From Octopus vulgaris (Eukaryota): 64,000 bases of DNA. A program made the translations under genes and the position numbers. The stretch covers positions 22,010,001 through 22,074,000 of the forward strand of contig OX597818.1 of the NCBI GenBank assembly GCA_951406725.2, given 5' to 3'. A model generated the notes under the pieces. It ran no database searches, was not told the DNA's origin, and saw nothing but the letters and a program-made list of their open reading frames with translations. Positions 26,723 through 38,900 of this stretch are shown piece by piece. Each line of letters begins with the position of its first letter. Within the stretch, counting starts at the first letter, position 1.

Positions 26723-27422
26723 ATCATTTAACGTCCGCTTTCCATGCTAGCATGGGTTGGACGGTTCAACTGGGGTCTGGGGAGCCCAAAAGCTGCACCA
26801 GTCAGATCTGGCAGTGTTTCTACAGCTGGATGCCCTTCCTAACGCCAACCACTCCGAGAGTGTAGTGGGTGATTTTATGTGCCACCGACACAGGTGCCAG
26901 ACGAGGCTGGCAAACGGCCACGCTCGGATGGTGTTTTTTTATGTGCCACCGACACAGGTGGCAGACGGCCACGCTCGGATGGTGTTTTTATGTGCCACCG
27001 ACACAGGTCCCAGATGAGGCTGGCAAACAGCCACGATCGGATGGTGTTTGTTACGTGCCCACAGCACGGAGGCCAGTCGATGCGGTACTGGCTACGGCCA
27101 CGTTCGGATGGTTTTCTTGTGTGCCACGTGCCACCGGCACTGGTACCACAAAGATACAAATTCCATTGATGTTCATCTATTTTGATTTATTTTGATTTGA
27201 TTTTCACTTGCCTCAACAGGTCTTCACAAGTGTCACAAGAAGGAAGGTAAGCACAGGTGGACTGACTATGTCCCAGGTAAGGGCCACGGGTTATGGCCTG
27301 ACTAGTCTTGCCGGGTCTTCGGATGGTGTTTTTATGTGCCACCGACATAGGTGCCAGATGAGGCTGGCGAACGGCCACGATCGGATGGTGTTTGTTACGT
27401 GCCCACAGCACGGAGGCCAGTC
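26723..27422 (-). mobile_element. 5'-truncated RTE copy (3'UTR only) of the same family as 34051-36966, with an extra repeat block at 27318-27422
   Basis: Reverse complement of ~36350-36950 at high identity. Confidence 0.9.
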
Positions 27423-27433
27423 ATATATATATA

Positions 27434-27596
27434 GGTGCAGGAGTAGTTGTGTGGTAAGTAGCTTGCTTGCCAACGACATGGTTCCGGGTTCAGTCCCAAT
27501 GCATGGCACCTTGGGCAAGTGTCTTCTACTATAGCCTTGGGCCGACCAAAGCCTTGTGAGTGGATTTGGTAGACAGAAACTGAAAGAAGCCCATCG

Positions 27597-27629
<33 letters not shown>

Positions 27630-27836
27630 ATGTTTTGTGTCTATGTTTGTCTCCCCAACATCACTTGACAACCAATGCTGGTGTTTACGTCTCTGTAACT
27701 TAGCAGTTCAGCAATAGACACCGATAGAATAAGTACTAGGCTTACAAAGAATAAGTCCTGGGGTTGATTTGCTCAACTAAAGGCGGTGCTCCAGCATGGA
27801 CACAGTCAAATGAGTGAAGCATGTAAGAGTAAGAGT
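27434..27836 (+). mobile_element. SINE family B with internal (TA)/(TG) tract; other copies at ~55555-55930, 59300-59625 (+), 61755-62110 and 63460-63580 (-)
   Basis: ggtgcaggagtagttgtgtggtaagtagcttgc...ggttcagtccc...cttctactatagcc...ggtgctccagcatgg. Confidence 0.85.
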
Positions 27837-30779
27837 GTGTATGTGTGTGTGCGTGCGTGTGTGTGTGTATTTTCCTTGTCTTGACATGTGCATTGATTAT
27901 AAACAAAAAGTCATCATTCATACAAATGGTGCCAACGTCCTCTGCAAAAGCATGTCCAGGTTCTTTGTTGTTCAATAGATTATTTTAACTTGCTTAGAAA
28001 CAGGTAGGTAATAGGAAGAGCATCTGGCTGCAGAAAAATCTGCTGCAACAAAGTTGACTTCTGTCTCAGTCAAACATTGAAAAGTAGATATTGAAATAGG
28101 GATGAGAAGAAGGATCTCAAATCCCAGATTCAAATCATGAACCTTTATTTTTAAACTAAAGGTAGTAATGCCATTGTCCATTAAACTACAGCACATTGGG
28201 GTGAGTTGTTATTAAGATTATAATATTCTGGAATCATCTTTAGTGTATAAGACCTGTCAGGCCAAGTAAGATCATAGTTGTGGCCAATGCTGGTGTTTTG
28301 TGGCATGTAATAAGCACCCATTACACTCCTGGAGTGGTTGGCATTAGGAAGGGCATCCAGCTGTAGAAACCATGCCAAATCAGATTGGAACCTGGTGCAG
28401 CTCCCCAGCTTTCAGTCAAACCATCCAACCCATGCAGCATAGAAAATGGACATTAAATGATGATGATGACTGCATTTCAATCAGTTTGATATCTAATCAT
28501 TATCAGGTGTTGTATTCCTAGATATATGTACATCATTCCAGACTGAATTCCAACTAAGAATCTTTCTTTCTGTAAAATAATAGTAGTAATATCATTATCC
28601 AATAAACTACTGGATCTCTGAAACAAAGTGTTATTAACATATTAATTGCTACAGCCTGTTACTGAAACCTACCAGTGACACTGCATATGGTTAAATCACA
28701 AGGAAATGTAATTTTTTTGCATTTTTACAATATTTCATAATTAAACTTTATTTAGCACTCAAAGACAGTGAATTGGCAGCCTATTGGGTAAAATGTTTAG
28801 TGGCATTTCATCCATCTTTAGGTTTTGAGTTCAAATTCTGCCAATGTCAGCTTTGCTTTTCATCCCTTTGGGTTTGATAAAATAAGTACCTGTTGAGCAC
28901 TAGAGTCAATGTAACTGACTTACCCCTCCCCAAAACTGCTGGCCTTGTGCCAAAATCTGAAACCAATATTTAGCACTCATGTTATTTAAATATCCTTAAA
29001 ACCATGTCATATATACGGAATTAAATATTTTCTCAAATTATGAAAATGTATCATTGTTAATGCATTTGGCAATTATGTGAAGTTTTGCAATGAACCACTG
29101 GTGGTACATGTGATACATCACATCTTTAGAGTGTATGTTTACAATATTTTATACCTACATCATATTTCAATAAGTTTGACCTTTAATGATCAGGTGTTTA
29201 TTTCTTGTATATATTACATGTACATAGTCTCAGACTAAATTCAAACTTAGAAACTTTCTTGACCACAGTTAGAAATCTCCTCAGCTCACTGAAGTCGATT
29301 GTTATTAAAAACAGTATTATAATTTTGCGTGATGGTCACCTTGTCTATATATTGTATATTTACAAATTTATGATACATATATATATATATATCTACACTA
29401 TGCTTCATAGAGGCATAAATACATGGAATATTGTAATGTTATCAACAATAGTTGCTTACCACTTTCTGGAGGCTAAATCTCACAAATGCAATATTTCATG
29501 CAGAATTACAAACAAAAGGTTAATGTGAGGTAAGAAAGTTAGAAGTCATGTTTAAGTTAATGATTAAAAGATAAAGCATGACTTTCTTTAATTAGTGTTA
29601 AGTCTGTGAAACACAACCAGTGACATATTCATCTGGCAAAGGAAAGATATGTGGGGTAATTACTGCCAGGAGGAGGGAGGTTGTTGTTTAGTTCTAAGTC
29701 AATGTTGATTAAATACACTTATGATCAAAGGCATTCCAACCATGTCTGTCTCATCTCTTTAAGGATAATCTAGGACTACATTATCTAACGTGTCCTCTTT
29801 TCTTTTTTTAAGATGTTAGGGATGTGATTTGAGGGAGATGTGTTTGCTATTTCTGGGCTCATGCAAGGTGTTTGTATTCAAGGTGACAGAGTTGACAGTG
29901 CACCAGACAAAATATTTTGTGATGTGTAATGTATGAGCTTTTATTCTCTTAGTTCAAATCCTATTCATATGTTAATTTAAAAATAAAAGTTACAAGTTCA
30001 AATTCAACTTGGGACCTCATATATTCCTACACTCATGTCAGAAATTATATATGAAGAGAGATGGCCAAGTGGATAATACATTAGTCAAACTACTTATAAG
30101 GCATGAGTTGAAATTCACAGCATTTATATTACAGGGGAAAATAATGTTCTACTTTCTATCAAGAAATGCTATTTATAATAAGGGGAAAATATATTTTTTT
30201 TATGTGGGAAAACATTTTTTTAATAGCATTAAACACTTCACTGAGCTAATTGTTGTTGGTACAGACAATCATTACTTTCTTTGAATTCCAAATGTCACCC
30301 TGTCATTGTAATAAATTACTTGCATAGACACTGTGACCATAAAATTAAAGTAGAACGAATGGTGTGAGGTTTAATCATTTTCATACTTTAGATTAAAATC
30401 ATAACTAATGCAAATCAAGCTGCAACTTGAAGTCAAACTAAGCTGTGAACTCAATTTAGCCAAGAGCTCAGTTTCTTAACAGGAGGGGTTGAACACTGGG
30501 GTACCTGTAGATCAGGAGTTCAAATCCACACCAAGCATTTTATTGACTTTCTGAGCATAGCACACTATTTTATTCTATATTGCTTCAATTCACTTAGCAG
30601 TTAGGAACAATCATCAGACAAATCAAATAGCTAGGATAAGTTACTGTTTTTTTTTAACTGTTAAACTCCTCTATGCATGACCTAGTTGTTCATAATATGA
30701 TTAACTTTAGTTTAGTAGTAAAAGATATATAGTTCAAATTAAATTTGGCACTATTCATATTCAGGAACAGAACATCTGG

Positions 30780-32810
30780 TGAGAATCAGAGAGCAAACTA
30801 ATTGAAATATAGTGTAGAATATATATATATACACATGTGTATGAGTAGTCTTAAAGAGATGTGCTCGTATATCTGTCAGTGGAGTGGGTATATTATCCGA
30901 AATGTATAGTATTAAATATCCATCAGAGCTGACCTTACCAATTGGTTTCACACAAAGAATACTATGGAGTATTAGGTAACAATCTGATCATATAACTTTA
31001 CGCTCATCAGAGATAGCTGATATGGAAGGGAATATGGCGATTGCTCTCTATTATCAGGGATGGATTAGCACAACTGGTCAGCAGCTGCTGAGAAAAAGGT
31101 GGTGAACCAAAAAAGGGTACAGGGGATTGGGTTAGGAGTTATACCCCTTGGTTGGTTATGTTGTGAAGCTGGCAAAAGTTATCTAGAAGTGGGGAAAGTA
31201 TATGTTATTAATGTGGTGCCCCTGCAGGGATGGAATGTGTGAAATGTGTAGCGGTGTCACATGTATAATTTTTTCTGGAAGTGTAGATATATATATAGCT
31301 GTGATCATTAGTCTGTTTTCTTTCTGTAAAGGATAAAGTCGTATGGAAGAGGGTTATGTTAGCATGTGGAGTGTAATGTATGTGTGTGTGGGGGTTTGTG
31401 TGGAGGGGTATGTGTTGGGGTGGTGAAAGATAGTTATTTTGTGGGTTATCTGACTTATAGGGATGTGCATTTGTGTACATGAGTGCAGTCATGCTTTGGT
31501 CAAACTCTTTTTGCCAGGCATTGGTGGAAGGACGTTTGCAGAATGTCGAGGCAGGGGACCTGTGGTTGCAGTCATGCTGGGGCATGCAGGTATGATAGAA
31601 TGTACTTCCTTTCATGTGAGCAAGGATTAAACACCTAACTCCTACTATTCAGGTACACATCTCGGCATTGGGTACCTTTTAAAATTACTCTCTTCTCAGC
31701 TAGGCATAATCTGCATTTCCTGCTGCTGTTCTAGGATCTTCCACTTTATGCTGTACTCTGACGTACTTTCTTTCAAAGCCCAGTCATGCTTGGCTAGGGT
31801 TGTGGTGTTATGTTTCTCTGAGATGTTGAATGAGGACTTGTGGTTATTAAAGCAGGTTCTGAAGGGGCCTTTTGTTGCACTCACATATTTCTGCATGCTC
31901 AGTTGTCCATTGGGTCCTGCTGCTGTTACTTCTGCCTTGTAAACAGCTGTTTCTGTATTGCAGTGGCCACTTAGTGGACAAGTGAGCATCCTGCCTCAGT
32001 CTCGAGTCTGGGCCTACCTACTAAAATCTTTTTTTTACACTAGGTGCACAGCTAAAGGATAATCTCAGGGTATGACTATTAAATATTTTGTTGAATTTAT
32101 TGGTATGGGGGAAGTGACTATCAGCTAAATTAAGGAAGATCTTACCTTCTCTGGTACTAACGTTTAAAGAGAATAGCAGTGTGAACCACAGTATTTTATA
32201 GTGGCACTTTCTCTTGGTGGGGCTAGGGTCTGGTATGTAACTAATACTATCCTTGAAACTGCTGGCAGCCAGAGCCTGGTTGTAGTACAGAGCAGCAGAA
32301 TCAAAGATCTCTTTGCTTGAAGACAAGCTGAAGATTCTCCTGTTGATGCCCTTAACCAGGTTCCTGAACACAATGGCTGGATGGCAAAAACTGTGTTAAT
32401 GTAAGACAACTTCTCATTTGGTTTCCTAAAGAGCCTATAGTCATCTGATTCCAGATCCAGGGTCACGTCAAGGAAATCTACCATTTTCAGGTTAGTCTCT
32501 ATAGTGACCTTCAGTCTCGAGGGAGCTCATGGTGCTTGTGAGGTCCTTTCTGAGCCTACCTAGTGTGTAACCATTAACCCCTCTTGATATTGCCAGTGTA
32601 TCATCCCTGTAGAGACCAAAGCTAGTTGAAGGAAATTTCTTTTTTAGTATATTTAGGATGAAGAGACTGACTAGGTCACATACATCCACACTGTCAAAAA
32701 CACACATTGCCATATTGAAGGAGCCCTCTGAGTCAGTGTGTTTGGTCCAAGCAGGCCTCTTACTGAAGAGTTAGGTTCTTTTGGCATGCATGATAATGTG
32801 TATATCAACA
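30780..32810 (-). mobile_element. Penelope-like element 3' part: RT C-terminus, GIY-YIG endonuclease and terminal repeat (pseudogenised)
   Basis: GLYRDD, VDFLDVTLDL, FRKPN, CPLSGHC..AVYKAEV, FNNHKSSF, SIKWKIL and KCRLCLAEK..LNSRS..CSH; frameshifted. Confidence 0.85.
30927..31018 (-). ncRNA. Type I hammerhead ribozyme in the 3' terminal repeat of the Penelope-like element
   Basis: Minus strand reads agct-atct CUGAUGA GCGUAAAG..CUUUGUGU GAAA CCAAUUGG UA aggt-c-agct. The core is intact, stems I and II pair, and stem III is palindromic. Confidence 0.8.
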
Positions 32811-33862
32811 CCACAGAACAAACTCTATACAAGGCTGCAGCTGGAGAAAATAATCAAAGTGATCAGGCAGATGAGATGAAAGGCTTTTTACTTTGATGAA
32901 CCCGAACTACAAACTGAAACTGAGCATTTTGGGCTTAAATCCTGGAAGTTTCCACCCAAGATCAAGGAACTGGAGGCTTCTGAAAATGACCAGTTGAACA
33001 TAATACTTCACCTGAAATTCCGTAAGTCCTCAAACCCTTTCCAAATTAAACTTAGAGCAGACACCCGCAAGCTTAAATCTTCTAATAGAACCATTCCCTT
33101 CTCTGACAAAACAAAAGATTTACATTAAGTAGTGACACATATGCACAGCTCCTTAACAACAGCATTACATAAACATACAGGAGGGCTACCCAACAAACAT
33201 ACGATGGTATTAACCATGAAGCCAGAGATATAGCTTTTAAACTAGGCAAAGAAGATAGGGTAAAGACTCTGGCAAAGAAAGAGGCCTTCATAATGATCAA
33301 GGATCATAACCCTAACTTTGCTTTTAACCATAAATGGAGGCTGATAAACCCAGCAAAATCTGAGATCAGACAGGTGAGCAAACGGCTCATCGGGAAGGTC
33401 AGTAACAGCTTTAGAAACACTTCTGACATCACCCTATGGTGCAACACCAATGAAGTCATTATCTGGTTTAAGACCAACAGTGGTAGTGGTAGAGCTAGGT
33501 TTACCCAATTTGACATAGTGGACTTCTACCCATCTATATCAAGGGAGCTCCTGTTAAAGGCACTGAGCTTCGTTAGGACCTATACTGAAGTCAACACCAG
33601 AAGAACCCTACTCCTCAGTAGGGGGTCCACTTGGACCAAACATACTGACCCAGAGGGCTCCTTTGATGTGGCCATGGGTGCTTTTGACAGTGCCAACATA
33701 TGTGACCTACCTAGTCAATCTCTTCATCCTAGATATACTAAAAAAGAAATTCCCTTCAACTAGTTTGGCCTCTACAGGGACGATGCACTGGCAATATCAA
33801 GAGGGGCTAATGGCCACACACTAGACAGGCTCAGAAAGGACCTCACAAACACCATGAACTCC
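32810..33862 (+). mobile_element. Penelope-like element RT N-terminal part, inverted relative to the 30780-32810 piece
   Basis: IKDHNPNF...RLINPAKSEI, QFDIVDFYPSI, FDVAMGAFDSANICDL and GLYRDD. Confidence 0.85.
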
Positions 33863-34014
33863 TATTCCATTATGCCAGCCACAGTTTAATGATACTACAG
33901 ACTACACTGTAATCATCCCAGGAATACAGACTGTGATCTTAAGAGGCATGTGATTTGTTGAAACATGCATAGTGATGCATTAAATGTTTATAAATTCCAT
34001 CCAAAGATTATTGT

Positions 34015-34051
<37 letters not shown>

Positions 34052-34186
34052 TGACTTTAGGATCAGGACTAAGAGGGCAACTAGAAGACGACCAACATGG
34101 AGAAGAAGGGTCTGGAAGCTTAAAGACCCTGCGAACGGACAGAGATTTAGAGACATGTTACTTGAAGCCTTCGACGAAATGGAAAA

Positions 34187-36364
34187 ATGGAAGGGGGTAT
34201 AGCTACGCATGGGGTAGAAGACAACTGGACGCTTCTGAGGGACAACCTGCTGAAAGCCACTGACCAGATCTGTGGCTGGTGCAAAGTCCCCTTAAGACCC
34301 AAAATAACGTGGTGGTGGAACAATATTGTTGACAGGGCTATTAGACAAAAGAAACAGGCTTGGAAGGCCTGGAAGAACGGTGGTAGCAGGGAAGTGTATC
34401 AGACTGCCAGAAGGGAAGCTAGGAGACAGGTCTATCTAGCCAGAGGGGAAGCAGATAAGAAAAAATTTGCCAATGTCCTGCACCGTGAGGATGAAAGACT
34501 TGAGGTATTTTGTGTTGCAAGACAGTGTGTGAGAGAGAATCGTGACGTGGTAGGAGAGAAATGTGTTCGCAAGGATGACGGTTCACTTGCGCTAAATGAG
34601 GATGCAAAGAAAGAGGCTTGGAGACGCCACTATGAAAGGTTGCTGAATGAGGAAAATGAATGGGATAAAGAGAGTCTGCCGAATGTCGACCCAACAGAGG
34701 GACCAGCAATCCGAGTTAACAGTTCCTTAGTAGTTAAGGCAATTAGAAGCATGAAAACAGGGAAAGCCCCAGGCCCATCAGGAATTACTGCAGAGATGCT
34801 CAAAATATCTGGTAGTGGCGGCTATAGCATAGTCACCCGTATAGTTAACCAGGTGATACACGAAGGAGTCATACCCAATGACTGGTGTAGCAGCATAATA
34901 GTCAACTGCTACAAAGGTAAAGGTGACGCCCTAGATACAAATAACTACAGGGGCATCAAGCTGCTGGATCAGGTAATGAAGGTTACGGAGAGGGTTATAG
35001 CCCAATTAATTAGAGAGAGAGTTAGCTTAGATGATATGCAGTTTGGGTTCTTGCCAGGGAAAAGTACTACTGATGCTATATTCCTGGTAAGACAGCTGCA
35101 GGAGAAATACCTAGCCAAAGATAAGCCCTTGTACCTGGCTTTTGTTGACTTGGAGAAAGCCTTTGACAGGGTCCCCCGATCCCTTATCTGGTGGTCAATG
35201 AGGAAACTAGGGATAGATGAATGGTTAGTGAGAGCTGTGCGAGCCATGTACAGAGACGCTGCTAGTAAGGTGAGGGTTGGCAACGAGTACAGTGAAGAAT
35301 TCCAGGTAGAAGTTGGGGTCCACCAAGGCTCAGTCCTCAGTCCCCTCCTATTTATCATAGTCCTCCAGGCAATAACGGAGGAATTCAAGACAGGATGCCC
35401 CTGGGAGCTCCTCTATGCTGATGACCTTGCTCTAATTGCTGAGTCACTATCAGAACTGGAGAAGTTTCAGGTGTGGAAACAAGGATTAGAATCGAAGGGC
35501 CTTAGAATCAACCTAGCCAAAACCAAAGTCCTAATAAGTAGGAAGGTGGACCAATCATAAACGACTTCAGGTAGATGGCCCTGCTCGATCTGTAAAAAAG
35601 GTGTAGGTAGAAACTCTATAAGGTGCACCAAGTGTAAGCTATGGACACATAAGAGGTGCAGCAATGTCAAAGGAAGGCTAACTAGGAAAATAGTTTTTGT
35701 CTGTGGCAGATGCTCAGGAGCAATAAACACTGGAAATGTGCAGAGACCAACTTCTACCACGTTCCAGGGAGACAAACAAGAAGTAGTTGATAGCTTCCGC
35801 TACCTAGGAGACCAAGTCAGTAGCGGGGGTGGGTGTGCTGAAAGTGTAACTGCTAGAGTAAGAATAGCCTGGGCAAAGTTTAGAGAGCTCTTACCCCTGC
35901 TGGTGACAAAAGGCCTCTCGCTCAGAGTAAAAGGCAGACCGTATGATGCATGTGTACGTACAGCCATGTTACATGGTAGTGAAACATGGGCCGTGACTGC
36001 TGAGGATATGCGCAAACTCGCAAGAAATGAAGCCAGTATGCTCTGATGGATGTGTAATGTCAGTATTCATAATCGTCAGAGTGTAAGTACCTTGAGAGAA
36101 AAGTTGAACCTAAGAAGCATCAGTTGTGGTGTGCAAGAGAGACGGCTGCGCTGGTATGATCATGTGACGAGAATGGCTGAAGATAGTTGTGTGCAAAAGT
36201 GCTACACCCTAGCAGTTGAGGGAACCTGTGGAAGAGGTAGGCCCAGGAAAACCTGGGACGAGGTGGTGAAGCACGACCTTCGAACTTTAGGTCTCACCAA
36301 GGAAATGACTAGAGACCGAGACCTATGGAAGTATGCTGTGCGTAAGAAGACCCGGCAAGACTAG
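34187..36364 (+). pseudogene. Disrupted RTE reverse-transcriptase ORF
   Basis: ORFs 34187-35560, 35738-36046 and 36050-36364 are colinear pieces of one RT protein. Confidence 0.9.
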
Positions 36365-36540
36365 TCAGGCCATAACCCGTGGCCCCTACCTGGGACGTAG
36401 TCAGTCCACCTGTGCATACCTTCCTTCTTGTGACACTTGTGAAGACCTGTTGAGGCAAGTGAAAATCAAACCAAATCAAAATAGATGAACATCAATGGAA
36501 TTTGTATCTTTGTGGTACCAGTGCCGGTGGCACACAAGAA

Positions 36541-36800
36541 AACCATCCGAACGTGGCCGTAGCCAGTACCGCATCGATTGGCCTTCGTGTTGTGGGCACG
36601 TAACAAATACCATCCGATCGTGGCCGTTCGCCAGCCTCATCTGGTACCTGTGTCGGTGGCACATAAAAAATACCATCCGAGCGTGGCCGTCTGCCAGCCT
36701 CGTCTGGCATCTGTGTCGGTGGCACATAAAAAACACCATCCGAGCGTGGCCGTTCGCCAGCCTCGTCTGGCACCTGTGTCGGTGGCACATAAAATCACCC
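36541..36800 (+). repeat. Tandem ~62-bp units (about 4) in the RTE 3'UTR
   Basis: accatccga.cgtggccgt..gccagcctc.tctggca.ctgtgtcggtggcacataaaaa repeated. Confidence 0.9.
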
Positions 36801-37619
36801 ACTACACTCTCGGAGTGGTTGGTGTTAGGAAGGGCATCCAGCTATAGAAACACTTCCAGATCTGACTGGCCTGGTGCAGCCTTCGGGCTCCCCAGACCCC
36901 AGTTGAACCGTCCAACCCATGCTAGCATGGAAAGCGGACGTTAAATGATGATGATGATGATGATGATATATATATATACACACACACACATTTTACCCGA
37001 TCAAGGAAAATAACAAAATGTTAGCACCAAGCAGTGTTTAAGAATAAGCAAAATTTAGGTTAGTTAAAATATGGTTCAGGCATATTTTAATTAACCTAAA
37101 TTTGTGTATGTGTGTGTGTGCGTGTAGAAATATAATGTAGGATATTGTAAATATTTGCAATAAGGATCAGTTATTAGCCTGTAAAATGAGACTTCATTTG
37201 ACCCTGTGGAATATTTATGTCAACTCTTCTGGCACATTACAAAGGTGATTCACCAATGTTGAAGTTCAATTTTTTATCTGACAGGAATAATTAAACTCTG
37301 TATTTATTTATTGTTAGCTGTACAGGGCCATTTTGAAAGTTAAATGTCATTGCCACTATCACAACAGAGTGCTACAGACAAGATATAAACCATCAACCTC
37401 ATGGTTAGATGCCCACCATTTTATCTATTCGGCCATTTATCTGCATAGTATATCCAACAACCTTCTAATCAGTTGGCATCTATCAAATTTCGCTCACAAG
37501 TCTTTGACACAGGATATGGTGCTGAGCAATGGGGATTAAACCTGGAACAACATGGTAGTGAAGCAAACTTGTGAAACTCACAATCATGGTATAGTCCTTC
37601 CTTAACTCAAAATGTTAAT

Positions 37620-38900
37620 AAAATAAAAATAATAATGAAATTATTGTATACAGTGCTCAGGTGCACTACAACTTGTCAAAAGTGCGTATAAAGCATATGC
37701 ATTAATGTACAAATGTCTGGAAAGTGAACTGTGTATGAGTCAGATACATGCTTGCGTGTGTATGGAGGCGAGAAAATCAAGTATAGTGTTGGCAAATCTC
37801 AGGAAGCATGGAAATTTTGAAGGATGCAGTGCTCTGACAACAAACAACTGATGCCAGCAGTTTGTTCCATACTCCAGCAACTCTTACTTAACATGAAAAA
37901 ATGTTTCCAAAAGTCATGGGAGCTCTGCTGTTTTATGACTATGTAAACATGTCCACAGGTGTTAGGCAGAGTTATTGTTAGTAAGATGGTTAATAATTTT
38001 ATGGGTGTCTGCCAAGTGGGTTGCCAGACGTCGGAGTTTTAATGTATCCATGCCCAGGGAAGTAAGGCATTCAGAATATGGCAAATGCCTGATGGAGGGT
38101 ATTCTCTTAGTTGCATGTCGCTGAACGGTTTCCAGATGATTAATATCCTGGGCAAGATAGGGGTTCCAGACTGGTGATGCAAATTCCAGGTGAGGCCACA
38201 CCATGGCTATATAAAGCCTCAGATAGATAGCCGGAGAGTGGCTCACAAAGGATTTAGTAAGTGATGCTAAGACATCTTTTTTTTGACCTGGGATCTTTTG
38301 AAAGTTTGTGGCACATTGAAAGCAGATCGAAACATGACATTTACTGCATTCAACCCATCTATTTCGGAAGGAATTTTTGAGTTCTGTGCATAGATGACAG
38401 ATGTGATTTGCCAGGCAACGCTCTATTTTGGGACACCGACCAGTTTTGTTGCACAGTTCATCCACAGATGACACCGTGGCAGTTTTGTTCAGTCTGCCCA
38501 TCTGTGCCATAGTACAAAAGATAAAAAAAAAAAAAGATGTGAAGATATAGCACACTTGTTAGGGAGGATGTTTTATTTTTTGTTGTTATTGTTGTTAACT
38601 GTTCCCGCTTTCCTCATTGTATGTGTGTATACAAAAAGATACAATTATACAATCAAGAAATGTAAGGAGTCAATGGTTGGTGTGTTTATAATGTGTGCAT
38701 GATACTCACTGTAATGTCTCAGCGAAAAAGAAGAGAGTATGATTCAAATTCACTTTGTGTATATATTCGTGTGTGGTGCATGCTGATATCTAAAACTGTG
38801 TGTATGGTTTTTCTAGAATTCGGGATGTACTTATAATTATCCCTACGAAGTAGAGTGGCTTATTTTCAATCGTGGTAGCTACACGTGGTAACACAAAGAT
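37620..38900 (-). mobile_element. Internally deleted CR1-type LINE: putative 5'UTR, Cys-rich ORF1 start fused to the ORF2 C-terminus, and an (ATT)n tail
   Basis: LYIAMVWPHLEFASPVWNPY..LETVQRHATK..LKLRR, then GHVY..FF..RV..WNKL, typical of the CR1 ORF2 end. The 5' boundary is uncertain. Confidence 0.8.

Larger units (their letters stand above)
34051..36966 (+). mobile_element. Young 5'-truncated RTE-clade LINE (RT, PHD finger, 3'UTR with (GAT)n tail), inserted in (TA)n
   Basis: RT motifs KAPGPSG, NYRGIKLL, QFGF, FVDLEKAFDRV, GVHQGSVLSP and YADD, with C-terminal RGRPRKTW. Stops at 35558 and 36044 and a frameshift near 35755. Confidence 0.95.

Noticed and set aside
26757-27671. Overlapping Cys/His/Arg-rich ORFs (also 36476-36944 and 60440-60806)
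   Set aside because: They are readings of the GC-rich repetitive RTE 3'UTR, not genes.
31020-32020. Selenocysteine recoding or SECIS, as reported for some PLEs
   Set aside because: No in-frame TGA was seen at Cys positions, and a SECIS cannot be supported by eye.
34969-35388. 139-aa antisense ORF
   Set aside because: It is the shadow frame of the RTE reverse transcriptase.
36541-36800. CRISPR-like regular repeats
   Set aside because: Eukaryotic context, no unique spacers, and part of a LINE 3'UTR.
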